Origin: Candidatus Woesearchaeota archaeon
Lineage (GTDB): Archaea > Nanobdellota > Nanobdellia > Woesearchaeales > SKIA01
Direction of reading: 5' to 3'
DNA: 64,000 nt
NCBI GenBank assembly: GCA_046704725.1
Contig: JBJKRI010000005.1
Span: 96,001-160,000 of the forward strand
Part shown: positions 19,201-28,353 of the stretch, piece after piece
How positions within the stretch are numbered: position 1 is the stretch's first letter
How the letters are laid out: each line of letters starts with the position of its first letter
The notes under the pieces: model-generated
What the model saw: the letters and a program-made list of their open reading frames with translations, nothing else
What the model was told of the DNA's origin: nothing
The model's database searches: none
Made by a program: the position numbers and the translations under genes

Positions 19201-19422
19201 GCTATCGGCGAGATAGCAACTGAGCGTGCTGGAGCCCGGGCTCGATCCGCTCGGCGTGTAGCACGTCCCGTCCGTCGGGGTGCACGCCGGAGTGATGCCG
19301 GGGCACGCGATGGGTGTCTGCCCCGCGCAGGCGGTCCAAGCGTGGGCCGCGGTCGTGTGCACCAAGAAGAGTGCCACGACGATAGCGAGGACGAGAAGAA
19401 TGCGCGTTCCGGCCGCTCTCAT
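16255..19422 (-). CDS. Large surface protein/adhesin with thrombospondin type-3 Ca-binding repeats, DUF11-like and Ig-like domains, C-terminal TM
   Basis: [15 protein letters not shown] and [35 protein letters not shown]; three ISK...YTIT...ITY.A...N.A repeats; Thr/Gly-rich. Confidence 0.88.
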   Translation of the reverse strand: [1055 protein letters not shown]

Positions 19423-19449
19423 GGCTTTTCTCCCCTGAAAGGGCGTTTA

Positions 19450-21171
19450 TTAATGTTTGTGCCTGATCGGGATCTCGACGGTGATACCGGCGCGGAACTG
19501 CCTGTTCTGGCCGAGGGTGTGGAGCGCGGCGCCGCTGTAGGAGGGGATGTCCTGCTCGAACCTGTTCTGGACGAATTCCCCTGTGACGCCCACATTTACC
19601 GGTCCGAGCGTGCGCGTCAGGGATGCACGCGTGTCGAGCTCCTTGTATCGCATGTCTGCGTTCTCCGACTGCACGTCGGTGTATTGCGCGTCGGCGCCGA
19701 TCCGCCATTCATGGACGGGGATGCGCACGCCCATCGCGGTGCTTGAGCCCTTCATGTCCGTTCTGGAATAGTTATGGGGTGTCGTCCCGAGCTCGCGTCG
19801 GGCGAACTGCGACCAGTTGGTGACTCCCGACATCGCGTAGAATCGCCCCCCCGCGTTGTTGGACCACAAGAGCATGGGGCCGACGCCCACAGCATAGATC
19901 GATTGGTCCTCCCCGTTGGGGATCCTCGATGCGGTCCGCTGGCGCAGGAACAGACCATCGCCGCCGACGAGGAAACGGACGTTGCCCGCCCTGGCCACCG
20001 CGAGCCCCGCCACGCCGTGCGCGTCGTAGAGGTTATCCGCTGTTCCCTGGTTTCCGCTGCGTCGGTACAGGCCTTGTCCGTTAGCGAACAGCGGTCCCAC
20101 GTCCGCGTCGAGAGAGACGCCGGCACCCCATTCGGGGTCGTTGCCGACCGTCCTTGTGGGCTGCAATGAGCGATAATCGGTTGTCAGCGAGCTGTTGACG
20201 CCTCCGTAGCCGATCACACCCACATCGAGATGGACGGCAGAGGGTCCATGCGTCTTTTTGTGAGCGTGTCGTGGGGCTTCGTGCGCTTTCTGCTCGCGGG
20301 CTTTCTGTTGACCTTGCGTCTTGTGGTGCTCATGCGCTTGCGGCTGCTCGTGGGTCTTGCGCTCGTGTTGGGCCTTCTTGCGCTTTCGCGCTGGCTCGCC
20401 TCCGAGCGAGGCGATGGTTGGAGCGGTGATATCGACTTTCTCTTCGATATGCACGATGTACGGCGCCGGTCGCGGAACGCCCGGCTGCGGCTTTCCGGCT
20501 TGCGCCACGGCCTTCTTTTCTCCAGGGTGTTGCGCTTTCGCCAGATATTGCGTGACGATCCGTGGCGGATTCGCGTACTCGATCGCCGCGAATGCGGAGC
20601 TGCAGATGTCCCGCTTGGGCTGGCAATCGTCGGAGTCGTTCCACATGTAGGCCTTGAAGGTGCGGTTCTGGTTGTCGCCGAGCGCTTTGTTCGTGTGCAC
20701 GACCCATCCGTCCCGCTCCTTGCCGTCGACGACGACAGTGGTATCCTGCTGGACGATGTCCTTGTAGTCTGCCTTGAACCCGGGGACGAAGCGGATGTGG
20801 TCATCCTTCTTGCCGTGGACGAAGACGGTCGGCCGCGTCCCGTCGAGGACGACGAGCTGCGAGTCCTTCGCGACGGCGGCCTTGCCGAAGGTGTCCATGA
20901 TACGATTGCCGTCCGGCGTGGTCGCGAGGTGCTTCTGGTTCCAGGGGGATCCCTCGATGCTGAGATACCCGAGGACCTTGCCGTCCTGCATGACCAGCAT
21001 CGGGCTGGTCTTCGGATTGCTGTTATTGGGCTGGACGAGGGTGTAATTATCGAGCTCGGGCTGCTGTTGGGGCTTCTGGGCGTGTAGCGGAAGGGCTGTC
21101 GCGAGCATCGCTGCCCCGGCGAAGACGCCGAGACGCGCCGTCCGGGCCACGCGTTCCAGAAGACTGTCCAT
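19450..21171 (-). CDS. Secreted protein with Lys/His/Gln-rich linker and predicted C-terminal beta-barrel-like domain
   Basis: Signal peptide ending PLHA-Q; charged low-complexity linker; ~12 amphipathic strands in the last ~260 aa. Confidence 0.75.
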   Translation of the reverse strand: MDSLLERVARTARLGVFAGAAMLATALPLHAQKPQQQPELDNYTLVQPNNSNPKTSPMLVMQDGKVLGYLSIEGSPWNQKHLATTPDGNRIMDTFGKAAVAKDSQLVVLDGTRPTVFVHGKKDDHIRFVPGFKADYKDIVQQDTTVVVDGKERDGWVVHTNKALGDNQNRTFKAYMWNDSDDCQPKRDICSSAFAAIEYANPPRIVTQYLAKAQHPGEKKAVAQAGKPQPGVPRPAPYIVHIEEKVDITAPTIASLGGEPARKRKKAQHERKTHEQPQAHEHHKTQGQQKAREQKAHEAPRHAHKKTHGPSAVHLDVGVIGYGGVNSSLTTDYRSLQPTRTVGNDPEWGAGVSLDADVGPLFANGQGLYRRSGNQGTADNLYDAHGVAGLAVARAGNVRFLVGGDGLFLRQRTASRIPNGEDQSIYAVGVGPMLLWSNNAGGRFYAMSGVTNWSQFARRELGTTPHNYSRTDMKGSSTAMGVRIPVHEWRIGADAQYTDVQSENADMRYKELDTRASLTRTLGPVNVGVTGEFVQNRFEQDIPSYSGAALHTLGQNRQFRAGITVEIPIRHKH

Positions 21172-21282
21172 TGTCTCGGTGAACGCTGTCTTGGAATATA
21201 AATCTTACGTATTGTAACTACTAATAAGTTGTATCTTTATTCCCCAGAAACCTTATAAGCGCCCAGCCTGACCCCCAAGCGG

Positions 21283-24153
21283 ATGGCACGGGGGAAGCAC
21301 GAGAAGCACGCGCACAAGAAAGAAGCGCCAGAGTGGCAGCAGAAAGTCACGACGGTCGCCAAGAGCAAGTACGTGCTCATCGCCCTGCTGCTCGCCGTGA
21401 TGTTCTTCGCGGTCTACTTCCGCGCGTACCCGGCAAGCCTGCCCATCACCAAGACCTGGGCGCAAGGCACGCTGGAGAACCAGTACGTGCAGCAAGCGAC
21501 CACCCAGCTGCAGCAGCAATTCCCGCACCTGCCACCAGCGCAACTCCAGCAACGCGCGCAACAGCTCTACCAACAGCAAGTGGCACAGAATCCGCAACAG
21601 ATACAGCAACAGGTGGACACGCTCGCAGCGCAATTCAAGAGCAGGCTGCAGATGCCTGTGGTGACACCGTCAGGCAAGACGGTGCAACAGACCTACTTCC
21701 TCGCCATCGACCCGTACTACTGGCTGCGGCGCGTGCGCAACATCTACGCGCACGGCAACGTCTGCGACGCTACGATCAACGGGACATGCATGGACACGCA
21801 CATGCTCGCACCCAACGGCGTGCCCACGCAGAACGACTTCCACAGCTTCGTCGAAGCGGCCATCGGCAAGATCGGCTCGTTCTTCGGCTTCGCGCCCATC
21901 AGCGCGATGTTCTTCCTGCCGGCCATCTTCGCCGCGATAGCGGCGATACCGGCGTTCTTCATCATCGACAGGCGCTACGGCAGCTTCGCGGCCGCGGTCG
22001 GCGCATTGGTCATCGTCATCCATCCGGTCTTGTTAGGGAGAACCCCGGCCGGCTTCGTCGACACGGACATCTGGAACGCGCTATTCCCGCTCATGCTCGC
22101 ATGGCTGTTCCTCATCGGGCTCGACCGCAAGGACAAATGGGGATACGCCTACATGGCCGGAGCCGCAGTCTTCACCGGGCTCTACGCCAAGTTCTGGTCG
22201 GGCTGGTACTTCGCGTTCATCATCGTCTTGCTCACGCTCATCGGCTCGGCCGTCTACGCCGTGATACGCATGCTCATCGCGCAGAGGACCGAGCGCCTCT
22301 CGGCGGAGCACGCGAAAGCGGCGAAGGACTACGCGAAACGCAGCCTCATCCATCTCGGCGTGTTCATCGTGGTGACCGGCATCGTCGTGACGCTGCTCGC
22401 CGACTTCAAGACGTTCATCCAAGCGTTCTACGCACCGCTGCAGGCGTCCATAGGCATCCAGGCGCCCGTGAACCCAGACCTGTGGCCCAACGTATTGACG
22501 ACCGTCGCGGAGCTCAACACGGTGCCATTGGGGACCATCATCGGTGAGCTCGGCGGACGGCTCATCTTCATCCTCTCCGTGCTCGGGACGTTCACCTACG
22601 TGCTGCGCCTCAAGAGCCTCGGCTGGAAGCGCTGGGCCGCGGCGGTCGGCGTGATCGCGTACTACCTGCTGCTCACCACGACAACCGCGCTCAACATGAG
22701 CCTGTTCCTGTACTTCGTGCTCTTCATGCTCCCGCTCGTGCTCACCTACGCGTACAGCATCTTCAGCGAGGAGACCGTCACCATCCACTACGGGCTGCTC
22801 GTCATGGGTTGGTTCGCCGCGAGCATGTTCGCCACCACGCAAGGGACGCGTTTCCTGCTGCTCATCATCCCGTTCTTCGGCATCGCCATCGGCTTCGCCG
22901 TGGGCTGGCTGCTCAAGGTCCTGCCGCCCCTCGCGGAGAAGGAGATACAGATACCGCGCTTCTGGGGCGCGATCGTCACCATGGCGCTCGTGTTCGCCTT
23001 CATCTTCACGCCGGTGAGCGCGAACCTCATCGGCACGGCGCACAGCACCGGCATCAACGAGGTACCGAGCATGAACGACGCGTGGTGGACCGCCCTCAAG
23101 ACCATCGAGGCCGACTCGCAACCGAACGCCATAATCACGAGCTGGTGGGATTTCGGCCACTGGTTCAAGTACGTGGCGAACCGTTCGGTGACCTTCGACG
23201 GGGCGTCTCAGACAACGCACCAGGCACACTGGGTCGGTCTAATCCTGCAGACGAACAACGACACGAAAGCCGTGGGGATACTGCGCATGCTGGACTGCGG
23301 AGGCAACGACGCCTACGCGCGCGTGCTGGCGGTCGAGAAGGATCCGCTCAAGGCCTACAACGTGACTGACAGCCTCTTGGGGGTGAGCAAGCAGACCGCG
23401 GAGCAAAGACTGCTCGCGGACGGATTCACGCAGGCCCAGGCGCAAGGCGTGCTCGCCAAGACGCACTGCGACCCGCCCGAAGCATACCTCATCACCTCGT
23501 CGGACATGGTCGGCAAGGCAGCCGTGTGGGGCCACTTCGGTCTCTGGAACTTCGATAAGGCCTACGTCGCGAACGCCGCGGACAACGACAACCGTCAGAC
23601 GGCAATCGACAACATCTCGCACGAGCTCAACGTGAGCACAGCGGAAGCCACGCAGCTATACACGCAGGCCAAGACGCAGCCGACACGCGCGGCGCTCAAC
23701 GCCTGGGTATCGCCGTGGCCGTCGTTCGCCGGCGCCTCGACCTGCACGCCGCACAACGGCACGGAGAACTGCGGACTCGGACTGCAGGTCGGGACGCAAG
23801 CCGGGCAGAAGATCATCGCCAACCAGCTCATCGTCAATACCACGAGCCCGATGAACAGCAGTATCCTGCTCACCGCGAACGGGCAGTACGTCGGCGTGGT
23901 CAAGCCAGGTGTCTTGTACTACAACGGGACGCGGTACGACTTGGGTGGGCAATTGTCGCTCAGCGTGGACGTGGAGAACGATACAGTCATCATCGCGGAC
24001 GACTCGCTCGTGCACAGCATGTTCGCGCAGCTCTTCTACAGGCACGACAGCGGACCGTTCTTCCACGAAGTCACGACGCAGCGCCAGGTCACCGGAGGCT
24101 CCATCATCGTGTGGAAGGTCAACTGGGGCGCGTACATCAACGCGACCCGATAA
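21283..24153 (+). CDS. aglB: Oligosaccharyltransferase AglB (STT3)
   Basis: DPYYW, GFVDTD, TVAE, SWWDFGHW, DMVGK motif, multiple TM helices. Confidence 0.96.
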   Translation: MARGKHEKHAHKKEAPEWQQKVTTVAKSKYVLIALLLAVMFFAVYFRAYPASLPITKTWAQGTLENQYVQQATTQLQQQFPHLPPAQLQQRAQQLYQQQVAQNPQQIQQQVDTLAAQFKSRLQMPVVTPSGKTVQQTYFLAIDPYYWLRRVRNIYAHGNVCDATINGTCMDTHMLAPNGVPTQNDFHSFVEAAIGKIGSFFGFAPISAMFFLPAIFAAIAAIPAFFIIDRRYGSFAAAVGALVIVIHPVLLGRTPAGFVDTDIWNALFPLMLAWLFLIGLDRKDKWGYAYMAGAAVFTGLYAKFWSGWYFAFIIVLLTLIGSAVYAVIRMLIAQRTERLSAEHAKAAKDYAKRSLIHLGVFIVVTGIVVTLLADFKTFIQAFYAPLQASIGIQAPVNPDLWPNVLTTVAELNTVPLGTIIGELGGRLIFILSVLGTFTYVLRLKSLGWKRWAAAVGVIAYYLLLTTTTALNMSLFLYFVLFMLPLVLTYAYSIFSEETVTIHYGLLVMGWFAASMFATTQGTRFLLLIIPFFGIAIGFAVGWLLKVLPPLAEKEIQIPRFWGAIVTMALVFAFIFTPVSANLIGTAHSTGINEVPSMNDAWWTALKTIEADSQPNAIITSWWDFGHWFKYVANRSVTFDGASQTTHQAHWVGLILQTNNDTKAVGILRMLDCGGNDAYARVLAVEKDPLKAYNVTDSLLGVSKQTAEQRLLADGFTQAQAQGVLAKTHCDPPEAYLITSSDMVGKAAVWGHFGLWNFDKAYVANAADNDNRQTAIDNISHELNVSTAEATQLYTQAKTQPTRAALNAWVSPWPSFAGASTCTPHNGTENCGLGLQVGTQAGQKIIANQLIVNTTSPMNSSILLTANGQYVGVVKPGVLYYNGTRYDLGGQLSLSVDVENDTVIIADDSLVHSMFAQLFYRHDSGPFFHEVTTQRQVTGGSIIVWKVNWGAYINATR

Positions 24154-24183
24154 GCACTTAAGCGCGCATACCACGACAGACGC

Positions 24184-25290
24184 ATGCGACTATTGATATT
24201 CGCCGCGCACTTCCACCCGAAGATCGGTGGCGTGGAGAACTACGTGCTCGAACTCTCGAGACGGCTCGGAGGGATGGGCATTGATTGCATGATCGTCACC
24301 TTCAATACCATGGACGCTCCCGCGGAAGAACGCGTGGAGGGCGTGCGCGTCGTACGCTTGCCCTGCATATCCGTGCTCGGCGGCGAGCAGGCCATACCGC
24401 TGCCCGGCGCGTGGAAGGCCCTCCGGGCGTTGGGTCAGGAACGCTGGGACGCGGTGAACACGCACACACGGTTCTACCTCACGGCGTGGCTGGGAGCGCG
24501 CTTCGCGCAGAAGCACGGCCTGCCGCTCATCCACACGGAGCACGGGAACAGGCACGTCACGCACCCGAACCCCATCGTGACCGCATGCGCATGGCTCTAC
24601 GACATGACTCTCGGCCGCCTGCCGCTGCGGGCGGCGGACAAGGTGGTGTGCATCAGCAAGGCAGGCATACCGTTCGCCGAGCGTATGGGCGCCTCTAAGG
24701 AGGATATCGTCTACCTGCCGAACGCCATCGATATGAAGGCCGTCAAACGCACGGCATCATCCCTGCGTGCACGCTTGGGGATACCGAAGAAGCGGCGCAT
24801 CATCACGTACGTCGGACGGCTCATCCATGCGAAGGGGGTGCAGGACCTGTTCCAGGCCGTCGCTCCGCTGCGAGATATCGATGTGGTCATCGTCGGGGAC
24901 GGACCGTACCGCGCTGCGCTGGAGCGCTCTGCGCGCTCGTTCGGCGTGCGAGCGCACTTCCTCGGACAATTGCAGGTCAAGGGAGTATACTCGGCGCTTA
25001 GCGGGAGCGACCTGTTCGTCAATCCATCCTACTCCGAGGGACTGCCCACGAGCGTGCTCGAGGCGGCCGCGCTCGGCGTTCCCGCGATCGCCACGGACGT
25101 CGGGGGCACGCGCGAGATCCTGCCGGAGGACTGCCTGTTCGCGCCTCGGGATGTGGAGGCACTGCGTTCTCTCATCGGACGAGAGCCGGACGAGAAGCGG
25201 ACCGCGCAAGTGCAGAGACGCGTCCGCAGGACATTCGGCCTCGACACGGTCGCCCGGCGGTTCGCTGCACTGCTGAATACGCTGGTCTAG
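24184..25290 (+). CDS. Glycosyltransferase family 4
   Basis: P..GGVE, YVGRLIHAKG, EGLPTSVLEA. Confidence 0.93.
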   Translation: MRLLIFAAHFHPKIGGVENYVLELSRRLGGMGIDCMIVTFNTMDAPAEERVEGVRVVRLPCISVLGGEQAIPLPGAWKALRALGQERWDAVNTHTRFYLTAWLGARFAQKHGLPLIHTEHGNRHVTHPNPIVTACAWLYDMTLGRLPLRAADKVVCISKAGIPFAERMGASKEDIVYLPNAIDMKAVKRTASSLRARLGIPKKRRIITYVGRLIHAKGVQDLFQAVAPLRDIDVVIVGDGPYRAALERSARSFGVRAHFLGQLQVKGVYSALSGSDLFVNPSYSEGLPTSVLEAAALGVPAIATDVGGTREILPEDCLFAPRDVEALRSLIGREPDEKRTAQVQRRVRRTFGLDTVARRFAALLNTLV

Positions 25291-26153
25291 TCCTTTTCCG
25301 CTGCCAGGTCGATGACAGGATATAGACCGGTTCCCATGAGGATTCCGTACACGATCCTCCCGAGACCGACGGCCCGGAGCGCGCCAGCGACCCGCGAGAA
25401 GGCTGGGTGCGTCTTCGCCGCTTTCCCCGGACGTCCGGAGACGAGGAGGGAGCGGAGCGCCTCCGCGGAGAAGTCGCGCGTGATACGGAAGCCGTTGTCG
25501 GCGAGCAAGCGCCGGACCAGCCGCGGCGTGGTGTAGTTGATGCTGTCGATGAACGCGGGGTCGCGACCAGTGAGGCGGGCGATCACCTTGAACATCCAAC
25601 GTGGCATGTAGGGCAGCATGTACAGGTGATAATGCCCCTCATAGATCCAGAGGTAGTTCGGGCACATGAGGTAGAGCTTCCCCTTCTTGCGGAGCACGCG
25701 GGCGCTTTCCGCCATCGTCTTCTCGACATCCTGCACGTGCTCGAGGACCGTCTCGGAGGTGATGACATCCACTGATGCGTCATCCAGCGGAAGACGCTCT
25801 GCTCCGGCGAGGTAGAAACGGACGTTCTTCACACCGAAATACTCTTGCTTGAGCAAGCTCATCTCGTGTTCTTGCTTCTGGGGCTCCACGCCATGCACGA
25901 AGGAGGCGTGCTCGGCCATTGCCAAGGCCTTCTGCCCGGTGCCGCTGCCGAGGTCGAGCACGCGCTTGCCTTTCAGCCTGACCTTGCGCTCGATGGAACG
26001 GACGTGCGCGCGGCTCTCCTCGAGCTCCTGCTCGACGTTTATCGGTTCGCGGCCAGTGGACGCATAGCGGTCCTTGCGAAGTTTCGCCTGCAGCTCCTCG
26101 ATTCGTCGATCAACGCTCTTTCGTGACGAAGTCGACCGCGGCCGTGAACCCAT
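25287..26153 (-). CDS. Class I SAM-dependent methyltransferase
   Basis: VLDLGSGTG, AERLPLDDASVD, VLEHV, RVLRKKG; start uncertain (26153 or 26195). Confidence 0.88.
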   Translation of the reverse strand: MGSRPRSTSSRKSVDRRIEELQAKLRKDRYASTGREPINVEQELEESRAHVRSIERKVRLKGKRVLDLGSGTGQKALAMAEHASFVHGVEPQKQEHEMSLLKQEYFGVKNVRFYLAGAERLPLDDASVDVITSETVLEHVQDVEKTMAESARVLRKKGKLYLMCPNYLWIYEGHYHLYMLPYMPRWMFKVIARLTGRDPAFIDSINYTTPRLVRRLLADNGFRITRDFSAEALRSLLVSGRPGKAAKTHPAFSRVAGALRAVGLGRIVYGILMGTGLYPVIDLAAEKD

Positions 26154-27228
26154 TCGCCTGACGGAGGTATGAATGCTTCTTAAGGCTATGTTCACTTGTC
26201 ATTCGTACTATTTTTTTATCGAGTCCCAAGGCGTGCTTGATGGCTTCGGCCAAGGCTGTCGGGTCTTGTTGGGGGACCAGGAAACCGTTCTTGCCGTTGA
26301 CGATGAGGTCGAAGGCGGCGGCGACAGCGGTCGTGGAGACGACGGGGATGTGGCGCCCGAGCGCCTCGTTGATGGACAACCCCCACGCCTCGCTGCTCAC
26401 CACATCCTGCTTGCGGAAGACCGAGGGAAGCACATAGACGTCGCACGCGTCGTAATACGCACAGACGTTCTCGTGCGGGACCGCGCCGACCCACTCGACG
26501 TCCAGACCAAGCGTCTTGGCGAGCGCCTTGCACTCCTCCTCGAACGGTCCGGTGCCCGCGACGACGAGACGATACTTCTCTGGGTCGAGGTTCATCATCG
26601 CGTGGAGCAGCACGTCGAGCCCCTTGTAGCGCACGATGCGCGCGAGGTAGAGCACCATCCTTTTCCCCTTGGCCTTCTGGCGGATCGCCTGCATGTCTTT
26701 CCTCTCGGGGTCGGGCAAACGCTCGGCCGCGTTCGGCGCGATGAAGACCTTGTCAGGGGAGGCGCCCAGGGAGATGAAGAACTCGCGCGCCTTGGAGCCA
26801 GCGGCGATGCACGCGTCGCAGTTGCGCATGATGCGGCGCACATAGGGCAGGATGAATCGTGCCGCCCGCGTCTCGGGCCACTCCCAGTTCTCCCCCCACA
26901 CGATGAACGGGCGCTTGCGGATGCGCGTTGCCGCGTACAGGGCGTGCGTCGGGAACGAGCTCAGGTCGCTGGTGATGATGACGTCCGAGTCCCAGACCTT
27001 CCAGAGCACGCTCGGAGCGAGGTAGGAATAGCCGAGGTTTCGGATGGGCGTGAGGATCTCGTAGCGCCACTTCCTCGATTCCTCCTGCCACTCCTTGCGG
27101 AACTTCCCTGACTGCTTCTTGCCGACGTAGAAGAGGAAGCGGATGTCCAGCCTCTCGCTGAGGAGTGTGAACAGGCGGTTGCGGTACGCCCGCGGACCGC
27201 CATGCACGAACACGACGCGCGGCCTCAT
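26110..27228 (-). CDS. Glycosyltransferase family 4
   Basis: LYLARIVRYKG, EAWGLSINEA, NGFLV. Confidence 0.92.
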   Translation of the reverse strand: MRPRVVFVHGGPRAYRNRLFTLLSERLDIRFLFYVGKKQSGKFRKEWQEESRKWRYEILTPIRNLGYSYLAPSVLWKVWDSDVIITSDLSSFPTHALYAATRIRKRPFIVWGENWEWPETRAARFILPYVRRIMRNCDACIAAGSKAREFFISLGASPDKVFIAPNAAERLPDPERKDMQAIRQKAKGKRMVLYLARIVRYKGLDVLLHAMMNLDPEKYRLVVAGTGPFEEECKALAKTLGLDVEWVGAVPHENVCAYYDACDVYVLPSVFRKQDVVSSEAWGLSINEALGRHIPVVSTTAVAAAFDLIVNGKNGFLVPQQDPTALAEAIKHALGLDKKIVRMTSEHSLKKHSYLRQANGFTAAVDFVTKER

Positions 27229-28328
27229 CGACGCACCTTCTCGAACAAGGCGATGTACTGCTCCGCGATCGCGTCCCAATCGTAGTGCGCGACGGCGTGC
27301 TTTCGCATCGCTGCCCTCGCTTTCCTGGAAGATGTGCGCGTACACTTCTCGGCGATCGCTTGCGCGGTCTTCTCCGTGTCGGAGAAATCGAGCACCAATC
27401 CGGCAGGAGCCTCCTTCACCAGGTGGGAGAGGTTCGGGATGTCGTTGAGCACGCACGGGAGTCCCGCGCTCATCGCCTCGAGGATCGTGGTGGGTTGTCC
27501 CTCGTAGATGCTGCTCATGATATAGTAGTGCGCGGCCGCGTACAATCCCGGCAGCGTGTCGTGCGGGACCCTTCCGAGGAAGTGGATGAACGGAGCGCCT
27601 TTCGCGTCCTCCTTCGCCTGGGCGAGGAGGGAGCCATCGCCAGCGCACACGAGATGGATATCATCGCGCAGCTCGTGCGCGCGACGCACGACCTTGATGA
27701 GGGCGGGGATGTCTTTTTGGTATTCGAAGCGGCCGACGTAGAGCAGGACCGTGGTGTCCTTGGGCGTCGGCAGCGACGCGTGCTTGACGGTCGGCGAGAA
27801 CATCTTCGTGTCCACGCCGTTGGGGACGTAGAACGAACGGCGCTTGGGGATGCCCAGGCGCGTGAGCTCTTTTCGCACCTCCGGGCTGACCGTTGTGGAG
27901 AGGAAACGGTTCTTCCTGTAGCACTTGCGCTCGAGTAGGCGCATGAGCCAGTAGTACGCCTTGTGATACGCAGGGATTGGCGAATGCCTGTAGAGCGAGA
28001 AGTAGCGGTCGTAGGTGGTGTGCACGGTGGACACTGCGTTGGGGAGATCGATGCGTCGCAGGAACAACGGGTTGTGCAGCCAGACCGCATCGTACTCGGC
28101 CGCGTGCTCCTTGAGGTACGCTCTCACCGTCCCCCAGAAACGGAGCAGTCCGAGCCCCGCCCAGCGATTGATCGTCGCCTCGTCGCCGAGGCGGATGTCA
28201 GGCCCTGTGGGCGAGAGGACGACGCACTCCACGCCTTTCTTGCGCAACGCCTCCACGACGAAATGCGCGACCGTCGCGATGCCGGAGCCGTGCGGATAAT
28301 ACTCTTGTGCGCAGACGAGGACTCGCAT
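27225..28328 (-). CDS. Glycosyltransferase family 4
   Basis: PNGVD, YVGRFEYQKD, EGQPTTILEAMSAG. Confidence 0.93.
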   Translation of the reverse strand: MRVLVCAQEYYPHGSGIATVAHFVVEALRKKGVECVVLSPTGPDIRLGDEATINRWAGLGLLRFWGTVRAYLKEHAAEYDAVWLHNPLFLRRIDLPNAVSTVHTTYDRYFSLYRHSPIPAYHKAYYWLMRLLERKCYRKNRFLSTTVSPEVRKELTRLGIPKRRSFYVPNGVDTKMFSPTVKHASLPTPKDTTVLLYVGRFEYQKDIPALIKVVRRAHELRDDIHLVCAGDGSLLAQAKEDAKGAPFIHFLGRVPHDTLPGLYAAAHYYIMSSIYEGQPTTILEAMSAGLPCVLNDIPNLSHLVKEAPAGLVLDFSDTEKTAQAIAEKCTRTSSRKARAAMRKHAVAHYDWDAIAEQYIALFEKVRR

Positions 28329-28353
28329 GTGTCGGGCATGCGCGAAGCGCTTT

